Source: Dimorphilus gyrociliatus
Taxonomy: Eukaryota > Animalia > Annelida
Assembly (NCBI GenBank): GCA_904063045.1
Contig: CAJFCJ010000013.1
Location: 1,408,156 to 1,472,155, forward strand
Direction: 5' to 3'
DNA: 64,000 bases
Of this stretch, positions 43,337-55,800 are shown one piece after another. Position 1 is the first letter of the stretch. Each line of letters starts with the position of its first letter. The translations under genes were made by a program, and so were the position numbers. The notes beneath the pieces were generated by a model. That model had not been told where the DNA came from, did no database searches, and saw nothing but the letters and a program-made list of their open reading frames with translations.

Positions 43337-44664
43337 ATGTTGTCGTGCGACACGTGCGAGATAGTCTTTCTAATCTTCTTCATTATTTCTTCAACAATAG
43401 GCAATTGCCTAGTTTGTTTAGTAATCTTCAAATCTAGAAGACTTCAATCTACAACTAACTATTTCATATTATGCATTGCATTTTCCGACTTGATATTATC
43501 TGTTATCGCTATGCCGCTAATTCTTGCTCAAATTCTCAAAGAAACTTGGAATGTTACTGAAGCCATTAATTATCTTCAATGGTTTTCTATAATCTCTATT
43601 AATTACGTATTAATATGTATCTGCTTTGATAGATATTATACCATTATATACCCGTTAACTTTTAAAGTTACGAGAGTAATTGCTTTGAAGATGATAGGAT
43701 CTGTATGGTCCGTTTCTGTATTATTATCACTAGCTATTACCTTCTGGGACAGTCGATCCAGTATTATTCTTATTCACGTAATAAGTACGCTTCTGATACC
43801 AATAAGCGTTACTTCTTTGGGCTACTGCAAATTGTTCAAATACGTCTGGACAATATCTTTATCATTTGCTAGGCCAATAAGGAGAACTACGAAATTCATT
43901 GCTAGAATAAAAGTAAAAATATTAAAGGTAATATGGAAGTTGTTATACGTGTTTTCTTTTTTTTTTTAACTGGAAAAAAGACAGAGTATACAGTAGTGTA
44001 ACAAAAACAATACAATTCTGTATGTTACATAAAGGAAAGTATACAGGAACAGAATGAAAAATATACACTGTATGTACTTTACATAATGTACAATATACAG
44101 TATATTATGTAGTATATTCTACACCTTTCCTCAGTAAGCCTACTACTATAGACTTCTGAATAGACAATTAGACATAGTTGAACAAATGAAAAAAGCAGGA
44201 GTATTATATAATATCCTTTTTTTATCTTATATATATATATATATATAATAAAAATACATAAAATATAAAATAAAGTTCTTTTATATAGTCAAATAAATTA
44301 ATCTTCCATATTACGATTATTATTTTTTTTTAAAAAAAACAAAAACAACCAAAACAAACTATACAAGCTATTAATGATACTAACAATTTTACACTTTATA
44401 CTAATTACTCCGTTTGTTATACTTGAATCCTATTTGAAATGGCTTAGAAAACAGGATAAAGAACTAAGAACTTTAATGGTGTTTATTCTATTTGGAACGA
44501 CGCTTGTTAAGCCTATAGTATATGCCTCGTTTAACTCGAAATTTCGGAGAGGATGCAGAGAATTGTTTTGTTTAAATAATTTAAGAATTTATAGATCAGA
44601 AATGTATGTTATTACGACAAAATCGAAATTTTCAAAGAAGAACCAGGTTGGGGTTGAATCCTAA
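43337..44664 (+). CDS. GPR19: Class A GPCR, GPR19 orthologue, 2 exons
   Basis: GNCLVCLVIFKSRRLQSTTNYF, DRYYTIIYPLTFKV, KVKILK, FNSKFRRGCRELFC...YRSEMYVITTKSKFSKKNQVGV match the GPR19-specific C-tail as I recall it. Confidence 0.88.
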
Positions 44665-44826
44665 AAAATGAAATAAAAAAAAACAATAAAAAGACAAATA
44701 AAAAAATATTCCTATGTTTTCTTCATTTTTTTTTCTTTTCTCTTCTCTTCATTTTGCTATCGTTTTTTTTCTCTATAATTGTTCGTATTTTGTATTTTTA
44801 GTTTTCTTTTAAGTTTTCTTCCCTTT

Positions 44827-46641
44827 TTATTTTCTTTTCCTCGCTCTTCTGGAGTACGACGACGAAGATGACAACGACGACGAAGAAGTTGATGGAGATC
44901 TCGATCTCGATCTAGATCTTGACCTGCATCTGGACCTGGATCTCGATCTAGATCTCGATCTGTAGAGTCTTTTTCGACGCTTTTTTCTGTGTGAAGGACC
45001 CCACCAAAATTACTAATAGAATCTGCTCAATTCCTTCTCTAGACATTAATATATAACTGTATGTTCAAGGACATAATACTCGTTTTACAAGTAAGTTATC
45101 TTTTTTTTTTTTTTAAAAAATAATGAAAAATATCCTTAATTATATCTTAACAAGTGAAACGCAATTAAACAATGTTCGACCTGCATATCATAAGATTACC
45201 TACGAAGATGAAAAGAGTGTCCCGATTCCATATTTGTCTTTTAGATCTTGTCCATAAATTTTTTGTTAATAAACTATTATATTTATTATTTTTAGGCAGC
45301 ACTCTATCTATCTATATATCTATAGATTTTATAACAGTATATAACATATATTTATAAAACTCTCTTTCAGTCACGTGACCATTAAAACATGAAATGATAA
45401 TCTCTTCCATCATTGAAAAAAAAATTATAATATAAAAAGAGTTTTTTTTTCGGTATTTCTAGATATTTAAAGCATTTTTTCCATCACACTATTTATGCTG
45501 TTTGTATGAATAGTATTTATCGTAATAAATATTAGCTATTGGATTATTAATGATTCTGGGATAAAGGTAAAAATAAAGAAAGTGGGGATAAAATTGGCAG
45601 ATCAACATGATATTAACCTTGAAAAAAGAGTTATCACTTATTTGTTGGATATACTTAATAATCCATTAATGTAAATCCATTAGGGGAAAAAATGGAATTT
45701 GCTGTTCATTTAAGTCTATAAAAAATGGTTGTTATTCTCGTCGGTAGATGGCGTATTAATTGATCATGATTTTAATTCAACTTACTATCCTTGATCCAAG
45801 AAATCTAATTTTAAAGAATTGAATTTCATGAATTAATTAATTTTGGGGTAATTAAATACTTTATCAAAGAATACTTTGAAAATGGAACATCTAGTACTAT
45901 ACATTATTCATTAAAATGTTTTAAAAAAAGGAAATGATAGGGAGATACTCTTACCTATCATGTCTATGCCGTCGTCTCCAACTCCTTTTCATTCTTTCAG
46001 TTAATTTACAAAATTTAGATAAGTGACCCGCTTTACCGCATTGATAACACCTCATTCCTTGGAAAGCCTGATATGAATGGGAACTAGATTTTCTCGGTTT
46101 TGCAAATGTTACTTTTAAACGGCTACCAAAAAATCGTCTACAAAGAATAAACAAAGATAAAAAAAGATATTTCTTGAGATAAATAAAGATATTCTTTTTC
46201 ATACTTTCCATCCATTTTCTTAATTGCTGTATCAGCCGCCTCTCTATACTTATAGACGACAAAAGCAAAACAAGGCGGATTCTTGGCTAACCATACCTGA
46301 ATATAAATAAATGTGTTTGATAGATAAAGAGAAGAAAAAGGGATCTAGATAGGGGATAAGGTTAATATTCGAACAAACCTCAATTAGTCTGCCGAACTTT
46401 TCAAATGCTCGTATAACATCCGTTTTACCAACGTCGAAAGCTAATCCCGATACATGTAAGCGAACTCCCTCCTTCCACGAATTATTACTGATAGTACTCG
46501 TTGAAGATGACGAAGAGGAAGAGGATGAGGATGAGGATGATCTAAATTATTGTAAAAATTTCCGAAGGTATTAGCACAAATATATAAATATATATATATA
46601 TATATGTACAAAAAACATTCATTTTGCTTTTACCTAGGCAT
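44827..46641 (-). CDS. SR splicing factor, SRSF7/9G8-like (RRM + CCHC knuckle + RS domain), 5 exons
   Basis: RRM LHVSGL...VWLAKNPPCFAFVVY...GSRLKVTFAKP; zinc knuckle CYQCGKAGHLSKFC; the last exon (44986-44827) has RSRSRS repeats. Confidence 0.9.
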
Positions 46642-46937
46642 CTCGTCAACTGATGACGTTTTCAACGCTCAAGTTACTTGAAAAATCGTGAATCGTGACA
46701 AACAAACTATAGGCTGAATGGATAACTTTTAACAAAGAATTTTTATATTTACATACATATTTATATATATACAGTATATATCTAAGCCATAAATATATGT
46801 ACATTCAATACTATCGTAATAAGTATTATAATAAAGCATACTATAATTCCTTACTCTATTAATTATTTAATAAAACAGTCATAATTGATTAGGCAATTAT
46901 GGCAATTCATTTAAACACATTGATTAGTTTGTCAGCT

Positions 46938-48061
46938 ATGGATAGATCAACGGATAAAAATGGACGTAAAGTTTTTAAGCAACTATCCAAAGAGTTATGC
47001 GATAGAAATTTCAATTGTAATTTACAAAGTCAAGGTTATTTTCTCTTTCTTTGTTTATATTTTTAAAAAATACATGTAAAATGAGAAGAGAAAAGATAGA
47101 CAGACAAATTGAACATGAAGTGAAATATAATATTTTGTCTTTTTAAGGTGTGGCATCAATGGTAATAGTGCAATACACTGTTTGTTTGTTTGTTTTTCTT
47201 CTTCATAATGATGATTACATTACTAACGAATCTAATTTCTATTTTACTTAATATCCTTATTAATCTTTCCCTTTCATTTTAAGATAGTGAAGATTTATCT
47301 TCGGAGATCAGTTTCAACACAAACATTACGAGAAGTGATAACGTAAGCTGCTACAGCTGGAGGAACGAAACTAAAGACGCGAAGCGAATTCAAATTAATA
47401 GCGCAAACTCGATTATAGTGTCTTATCCTTATCCTTCCTTGGAGGGTCCAGATCCCAGGTGAGAAAGAAAATGCTATTTACAGAAAACTTAAGATGCACC
47501 GGGTAAAAACAGAAAAATGATGTGTCTGTTTGTGGTGTAGAATAAGGGCAATTACTGTATAAACTGTATATACGGGGTATTTATTTATTTAGGGATTACA
47601 ACATCATAGGACATTTTAAGCGACACTTCATAATTTTATGTAGAGAAAGAGAGAAAATTTTGAATAATATTAAAATATTTTACAGCTGTTACGACTACAT
47701 GAATTTAAAAATAGAATACAAGAACATAGTTCCGTATCCAGATATCAGCTGTTACAGTTATTTGGAAATAGGTGTTAATCCTATGGGATTTATACCCATA
47801 TATCCATCGGACGATTCTCTATTCTATTTAAACGAAATTCGTCATCATTTCGCTCGCCGAATGTCCAGAGTACATTCCGTAGATTCAGAATACGATAGCG
47901 ATACTGAATCGTCCTCTAGCGATGATGATGAAAATGAAACCTGGCACGATGTTTTGGACAACACTGCCACGTTGACAAGAGATTATATATACAATTCTCC
48001 AGCAAGAGGAGATAGCAATTCATCAAGTGAAAGTTGTAGTAGCGCCAGTACGGTTGAATAA
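46938..48061 (+). CDS. Orphan protein with three S-C-Y repeats and an acidic Ser-rich tail, about 3 exons
   Basis: Exons MDRSTDKNGRK..., DSEDLSSEISF...GPDPS and CYDYMNLK...STVE join in phase through GT-AG introns. No family recognised. Confidence 0.6.
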
Positions 48062-48181
48062 GAGAAAGATAAATAATTGATGAGCGATTTATCATTTTTG
48101 AAGATATTTATTTGGTGAAAATATTAATAAGATGACTAAGAAAAATATCACAGAATGGGAAGATAATCTTTATTTGTACAA

Positions 48182-49660
48182 TTATATAATTTCATTTGAA
48201 TGAATTAAATGAGTAATATTTTGCATTTCACCTTTTATAGTTATTAACCTCATTACAAAAATCCCCGATAAAATTGCTAAAAAAACCGCACACAATAAAT
48301 ACGCAAAAACAGTACCAGTCATATAAACGATATTACCCATTAGTAAAGACAGCATTACTTGAGATAAGAAATAGGCACTATCGAGCGTTGCTAAATCAGC
48401 TCCAATACCTCTGGGAGTCGATCCACCGACATCGGCAAAGAAAATTTGCTTGCTAGAATGATAAGTATTAACTAGAGTATATGGAACAGTTGTTAAAGTT
48501 GCATAGGCAAATCCTGTAAAGGCGGCGGAGAGTAGTACTATAACGATATTACGGAACAGAAGCATAACCAACATACATATAATGAACGATAATATCCCAG
48601 CTAAATATGTCTTCTTATTACCCGCTTTAGTTGTTATTTTTTCGATAAAACTAGCATAAACAGCAGATGTTATACAATGCAGTAGTAGACCCCAACTACC
48701 CATACGTATTCCTTCGTCGTATAGAGCCCTTTCGTTAGAGTCTTCGGGAGCATTTGGGTTTCCACCATAAACAGCTTGTCCCATGAAATCAGTATAGAAA
48801 AGATTGAACGCCATAAGAGCAGACCACGAAAAGAAGTGAGCTAATGACAATCGCCTTAAGACAATAGAAGAAGGAAGAACACTCTTCCACAAACCAATCA
48901 CTGCTCTGATCGGCTCAGAAAATAGTTTTAGAATAGATCTTATTGAGATGTTTAATATCTTTGGATATTCTCGATTGTTAAAGCTCTCTACTCTATTTGT
49001 TTCATCAGGCACTTCTTGAACAGTCATTAGAGTACAACACAAACAAATGGAGAATAAAAATATTAATAGAGAGAATACTGCAGTTTCTTGTTTTCCTAGA
49101 ATAGTACTCCAAATTGAATCTGTCCAGTTTACAGCTGCAACAAGATATCCAACGCAACCGCCTACAGAAATCATTATTGAATATATCATAAAGCCCCTTT
49201 CTTGCGAGGTACCAGTTTGAGATAAAGCATCAGACAAAAGTGCCTCGCACGGAGTAAGGCAAACTTGAGAAGTAAAGTCCAGCAAAACTGCACCAATTAT
49301 CAATAAGGCAATACCAAGTCTTTCACCAGTTTCGTCAGAAACCACAAATAGGTTTAAAATGTTATCGGTAAATGCGATAAAAAATAAGGAAAAAATTAAT
49401 AAAAACCCCAAACCCAGTATAAAAGGTCTACGCCTCCCATATCGACTATGGCATGCGTCGGATGACTTTCCTATTACGGGAACTAGAAAAAGTCCCATTA
49501 AAGGTCCGATTCCGAGAACAATAGACATTTGACGTTCTTCGAGACCGGATTTGAGTAATAGTGGTGGAATATATGTGAAGGCGGCTGATGCACAAAATTC
49601 GAGCCCGCAGACAACAGAGTTCAAAAGGAACAACTGGGTAATGCTGAGAGTTCTTTGCAT
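48182..49660 (-). CDS. SLC45A3: SLC45 family proton-sugar symporter, SLC45A3/prostein-like, intronless
   Basis: GLEFCASAAFTYIPPLLLKSG, VLGIGPLMGLFLVPVIGKSSD, YGRRRPFI, LLDFTSQVCLTPCEALLSD, YDEGIRMGSWGL. Confidence 0.9.
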   Translation of the reverse strand: MQRTLSITQLFLLNSVVCGLEFCASAAFTYIPPLLLKSGLEERQMSIVLGIGPLMGLFLVPVIGKSSDACHSRYGRRRPFILGLGFLLIFSLFFIAFTDNILNLFVVSDETGERLGIALLIIGAVLLDFTSQVCLTPCEALLSDALSQTGTSQERGFMIYSIMISVGGCVGYLVAAVNWTDSIWSTILGKQETAVFSLLIFLFSICLCCTLMTVQEVPDETNRVESFNNREYPKILNISIRSILKLFSEPIRAVIGLWKSVLPSSIVLRRLSLAHFFSWSALMAFNLFYTDFMGQAVYGGNPNAPEDSNERALYDEGIRMGSWGLLLHCITSAVYASFIEKITTKAGNKKTYLAGILSFIICMLVMLLFRNIVIVLLSAAFTGFAYATLTTVPYTLVNTYHSSKQIFFADVGGSTPRGIGADLATLDSAYFLSQVMLSLLMGNIVYMTGTVFAYLLCAVFLAILSGIFVMRLITIKGEMQNITHLIHSNEII

Positions 49661-51226
49661 GATTTGGTTTGAACATTATCTATAAAAAATAATAATTAAA
49701 AAATTTCGTTAAGTATTATGTTAATATTTAAAGATTAAATAACGAATCTGTTATTTTACAGGACTAGTCAATTAGACCTAGTCTATTGATAACTTTTACT
49801 TTCATAAGAGTAGCATTAAATAATCTAATATCCTTCGAATAATTAACAAATGTTCTTTTGAATAGATTAGATATTGACATTGAATAGAATTTTCATAAAA
49901 TAGTTAAAGTGACTTAAATATCGCTCTTTTATCAGTTATATTTTTACAATCGACATTTGATAGACTACCTTTGGTAAAAAATAATAAATTGGTTTACTGA
50001 GTTATCTTCTAAATCTTTGAGTTTCAGGACTTGTAATTAATTCCTTCAGCGGTATCATTACCATTTTATCAATATCATTAAACACCAAAAATAGGATCTT
50101 ATCAATTATAGGAAAGTTTTCGGTCGCGCTAAATTGTAAATGGAGGTGACGGTACCATAACCCATTAAAGTCCGGTAACATATTGATTAGCCTAATGATT
50201 ATAAAAAGTCAACAAAGTAAATTCCATACTTGTCAATAATTTTGTTTAACTACTGCAAATATTATTCTTAAACAATAATCCTCTCTAAAAAAGTAATAAT
50301 GTAAAAATTTTTTACTTTATTTGAAAAAATTTGATTTTGCCTTTCTTAAGAGTTATAATCATAATAAACACATTTCTCTATAGCTATACAAATTAAGAAG
50401 TTTTGAACACATTAATTTTTTAAGTAAACTGTTTGAAATAATCTTATTTGATAACCAACGTTAACGTAAACATATTAATGCCGGTTGGAATGTATAATAG
50501 TTCTCTCTTAAGTCATTTATGCAAATATGAATATTTCGATTTAAAAAGGCCTAAATGAGGACAAGAAAATCTATAAGCACAAAGAGTATATAATAGTTTT
50601 CACTTCCTTAAATAATGGGAATATTCTCATATATTCTCTCACTTGTCCATTTAAGATTATTTTTATAAGAGTAAATATTTAAGTTCATTTTTATCACTGC
50701 TGTGTCTAGGTAGACCCATAATATCTAATCTAACTTTCTCATCAAGCTTTTGAATAGCATAAGCAGTCTATGTTAAAACTCGTCGTTAATAGATATTCAA
50801 CTAAAAATTTACGACTAGTATGTTTTATATAAAAGCAGATAAATCAATTGTTTTTAATCATAGAAGTAGTAGAACTATAGCAGACAGATTTTTTTGTTTA
50901 CCAATGGCCGCTGCGGCAAAACATATGAAACAATAATAGAAAAAAATGATAAAAAAAGGCCCAAAAGTGATAAACTAGCCAATAACTGGTAAAGAGATAT
51001 ATTTGATAAGAAACAGAAGGAGAAAGAATGTAGTAAATAATAGAAATAATATTTTTATTGTCGAATAATTCATTCTTTACTTCGTTTATACAGCTTAACT
51101 CGACGTTATCGATCTATTGGAGATTAATAAAGTAGACTTTACGAATGTTAGGTACAATTGTATTCTGACAATAGTAAACCAAGCTGTCTAACAACTGATC
51201 GAGTTGACAACGAAACGGTAATTTTA

Positions 51227-52780
51227 ATGGCAATAATTGTTATCCAAGTTGGACAGTGTGGAAATCAAGTTGGTGAACGTTTCTACAACACCATCTTGAA
51301 CGAATTAATTGAAAATCCTAAGAGCTACCCGCCAAATTTACCTGGAGCCAGGACGTTTGTTGATACTCTAACTGAAAGATTCTTTACGGAAAATAAAAAA
51401 GGACTTTTAGAGGCCAAGGCCATTCTTGTGGACACTGAACAAAAGGTAGTGGAATCTGACTTAAAAAAGGCTGCCGGAGATTGGTGTTATGACCGTAAGC
51501 AAATTGTTGCTGAGAAGAGAGGAGCTGGTAATAATTGGGCTCATGGATACGTAACACACGGACCGAAATTGAGGGAAAGAGTGTTAGAATGCATCGACCG
51601 TCAATTGGAAAAGACGGATACTATCGATGGATTTCTAATATTGATGAGTGTAGCTGGAGGAACAGGATCAGGAGTTGGAGCCTATATCACTCAATTATTA
51701 AGGGAGTGGTTAGTATTCTTTTAAATACGGCTATCATTTCTATCAAAATATTAAAGCAGAAACAAACAAATATTCTCTCAGCTATCCTCATACATCAATT
51801 GTTAATCAAGTTGTTTGGCCGTATGACTCTGGTGACGTCATTGTCCAAAATTACAACGCAGTTCTCAGTTTGTCGCGTCTACTAAATGCTTCAGACGCAA
51901 TTATCGTCACAGAAAATAAGAAATTACACGACATCTCATCGAAATTATTACACGTTGATAAGGTGACCTTTAACGATCTCAACGATGTTCTTAGCGCCCA
52001 ATTAGCTAATTTACTGCTGCCGGCTCATCAAAGGCAAAGGGCCGATGGTTGGACATATCCAATACGGCATCCATTAAGTAAGCACTAGAGACGTCGTTAA
52101 GACGATTTATCTCATTTACTTTCATTGTATCCTTTTGTTTATATCCCTCTTTTTCCACTCTTTATTTCCTCTTTTCCATAAAATGATTTGCTTTTAAATG
52201 CTTGATTTATCGTTGTTCAGGTGATATGTTGGAACACATGGTTTGCCATCCTCAGTACAAACTCTTGACAATGACAGATATACCTCACGTTTGGAACAAA
52301 GCAAGAACGTTTAATGTTTATCAGTGGGATAGTCTTTTAAAGAACTTGCGACAGATGTCGGTCAGTGATTGGCATATGGAGGAGGGTATTAATTGGAATA
52401 TCAAGGTCGATAAGCATTTCAACTTTAATAGATCCATAGCTAATTTGCTGGTAGCTAGGGGCGAAGATGCTCATAATATTGATACGTCTCCTCTGTCCGA
52501 TCCGCAGCTATATACCCCTTCGGCTAATAACGTTCAACTTGGCCTCTTGGAATGGGGCAATGTTAGGCCAATGCTACATGCTCCTAAATCTGCTTTATTA
52601 CTATCTAATTGCCAAAGTGTCGTACCAACTCTTAATCAGGTAATAAATAGGGCATGGGAAATGTTCGGCGCCCGAGCTTATATACACGAATATGCTAAGG
52701 AAGGCGTTCTAGAAGAAGACTTTGTTGACTCTTTCGCTACTATCGAACAATTATGTACTCATTATAGTAATTTGAGATAA
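51227..52780 (+). CDS. TUBD1: Delta-tubulin, 3 exons
   Basis: QVGQCGNQVG, AILVDTEQKVV, GAGNNWAHGY, SVAGGTGSG, WPYDSGDVIVQNYNAVLSLS, and the delta-type C-terminus RAWEMFGARAYIHEYAKEGVLEEDFVDSF. Confidence 0.92.
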
Positions 52781-52801
52781 AAAATGAAATAAAAAGAGAA
52801 A

Positions 52802-52833
<32 letters not shown>

Positions 52834-52898
52834 AGATAAAGATGTGAGAAAAGTGTCTTTTTCAGTATCTTTTCCCTATTGGTTTTCTTTTTAAATGT

Positions 52899-55800
52899 TT
52901 AAAAAAGTAAAAAAAACTGGTATAAAAAGATAGAAAGAAAAGTAAAAAAATGCATTTCGTTCAATGTAGCGTTATTTCCAGGAATATTGAAAAAATCGCT
53001 TCTTAAAAGAATCCTTTTTCTACACTGAAACCAATTTGAACCAAAGACTCTCGTTCCATTCCTTTTAACTCTCATAAAAGGATCACGGAAAAGATAGTCG
53101 TGAAAATCTTTAACAAAATGAGTTTTTCCATATAAATCTGTATAAACGGCGTCTAAATTCGTAGGAACGTCTTGCCAAACGTCTTTTATAAGTCTGGGAT
53201 AATGTTCGTCAAGTTTTAAATCATCTGTAGAAGCGTCAAATCTCCAATACGTATTGCCAGTAAAAAAGTATGCTTTCTCGTTATATGACCAAATAAAGGC
53301 GGCGTCTATTTTACGAACGAAAGAAGGAAAAGCTAGGTTTGTTAGAGGTTCTCCATCACTTCTATCGGAATTAGAGTTAATTCTCCAGAATTTATGACCC
53401 TTAAAGAAATAAATATCACCATGACCGGGTGAAAGAACGGCGTCAATATTATTTGGTATGTATCTCCAAAACCTTTCAATTTTCATTGGAAAATTAGGAC
53501 GGACACCATTTCTATCTATACGCCAGCACCAGTTTTCAATAAATAACCATAATTCATTTCGAATTAATCCGACCGCATCGACTGCCTTTTGACAAGGGTC
53601 TGGGGGTTCCGTAGTTCCACTTTCCACGACTGAATAAATAATAATGGAAAATGAATAGCGTGTGAAAATGGCGCATGAATAAGTTAAAATATATTATATT
53701 TGAACATAAATATATAAACGAATTGACATTTGTTCTATATGCTTTTCATTTCTATCCCCTCCCTTACCTGGCCATGTTACTTTGTCTGATGGTACTCTTG
53801 TTGATGCTGTTACTGTTTTCCCATATGATTCTTCATCTCCACCATTCTCTTCTATTGGGAATGGATCTCCAGGTTTTCCATAAAGAGATTGTATGGCCTT
53901 GATATCAGTTTCGCCAAGAACTTCTAAACCAGTATACCACGCTGACATAATTGATCCAGGGTCATTTGAATGTCCCAAACCTAATGTATGACCAATTTCG
54001 TGTAAGAGGACCGATTTTAAGTTAAGACCGCCTTTTTCATCGTTCCCTACCCAAATGCGATCGTCGTCGAAGTGAATTTCGCCCCCCTTTACTGAACCAG
54101 GATAAAAAGCATGGGCCAAATCTGTTACAATATGAATAATTTAATGTCAGGTGGCGTCTCATTAGTCAAAACATCTATTTTAGAAACGTTTCTATTTTAG
54201 AAGTATTTAAAATAGCATTCAGCTGAATATCAATAAGATTTAGTAATTATATTCTCCACTTTTATTCGCATATAGAAAAAGCGGGATAAGGGAATATGCA
54301 TGCATAATATGAAAATATTGTTGGATAAAAAGATAAGAAGATATAGAGGGAGGAAAAATGTGTGCGTGTATGTAAGCTAGAGAGACCGATAGACAGAGAG
54401 AGAGAGAGAGAGATAAAAACAAACGAAGAGCAAGAGGAAAAAAGAAAATGAAAAAGAGTTGGATGTTTTATAGCTGTTCAGCAATCGATATGTCTCTTTT
54501 TCAATTTTTTTTCTATTTTGCAGGACGCTTTTTAGTACTGCAGTGCATGTAAATGAATACTGTTTACCCTGACATTAACCACCCTTATTTACTCACCAGA
54601 TTCCGAAAAAGGGATGCATTGGCTATGTTGACCGGCTACGAATTTTATAACAATATCTGCCCATTCTATTGTATTCTCCTTAAACATCAAATTGGAGATG
54701 TTCTGCCAAACGGCAAAGGCGTTTCTTATAATGTTTAGTTGAGCGTCTAGAGAGATGTCTTGCGTGTGATGGACTAGTCTGGAATGAAAGGGAACTCTTT
54801 AAAGTGTTTTCTCACTCACATCTCTCCCTTTTCATTCTTTTTCTGAAAAGGAAAAGAGATGCCCATCGACGCTTGGTCATGTGGAAGGGAGAATAACGGA
54901 GCATTGACGAACGCTGTTTGACCTCATTCATGCAGGTTGTGATGATACGCTAATCGCACCACAGCCCCGCTGAACAAGGCAAACAATGCCGAACATTTTG
55001 TTTGTCTATTTGTTTGCAGTTTGTTATTGCTTTGCCTTTTATCTCTTCTAATCTTTATCATTTATTCACCCTTTCTATTCTCTCCCTTAACCCTTGTCCG
55101 CATGCACCTCTTTCCTGTTCCCTCTTTCTTTTCGTTTGTAGGCTTCTAAAAGAATCTCCATCCGGAGGGGAAATACGAAAAGGAAGTCTTATTTAGGTTT
55201 GTTCAGGAACCCATAGAGCAATCAGTCTACTTCAAACACCTATTCTGCACAATGGGTTGCCTTTCATTTTAAAATCTTAAGAAGGGAAACTCTTAGTCTT
55301 CTACCCCTTTACCCTACCCACTCGCCCCCTCTGTCTTCTCCGTCTTTCGTTTCTCTCTTCCTGCTTTCCTTTCCCCCTCCTCCTTATTCTGCTTCCTAAT
55401 CTGACCCTTTTTTTTATTCAATCAAAACTCTATAAATTAACGAAAGAGGAAAAGCCAGACGAACACACAGAGAAGGGGAGAGAGAAAGAGAAAGGAAAAG
55501 AGAGTGAGATAAAAAAAACATTCTTAAACCTGTAAGTTATAACTTTCTTTCTCCATCGACCAACTTTACCGACAACGTCGTATCGTCTATGCCTTGTTCT
55601 TTTACGAACATCCTTTCTACCACATCTAGGCTTACTAATAATCTGTATAAAACAAAAATAAAAAGAATAGGAGATAGGAAGAGAAAGGGAAAAGAAGAAA
55701 GAAAATTTTTAAAGATGAAGAAAAAAGAGACATGAGAAGAGGAAAGATGAATATAATGATAAGCTCAATTACAAACGTATGTATAGATATGCTAAAGAAA

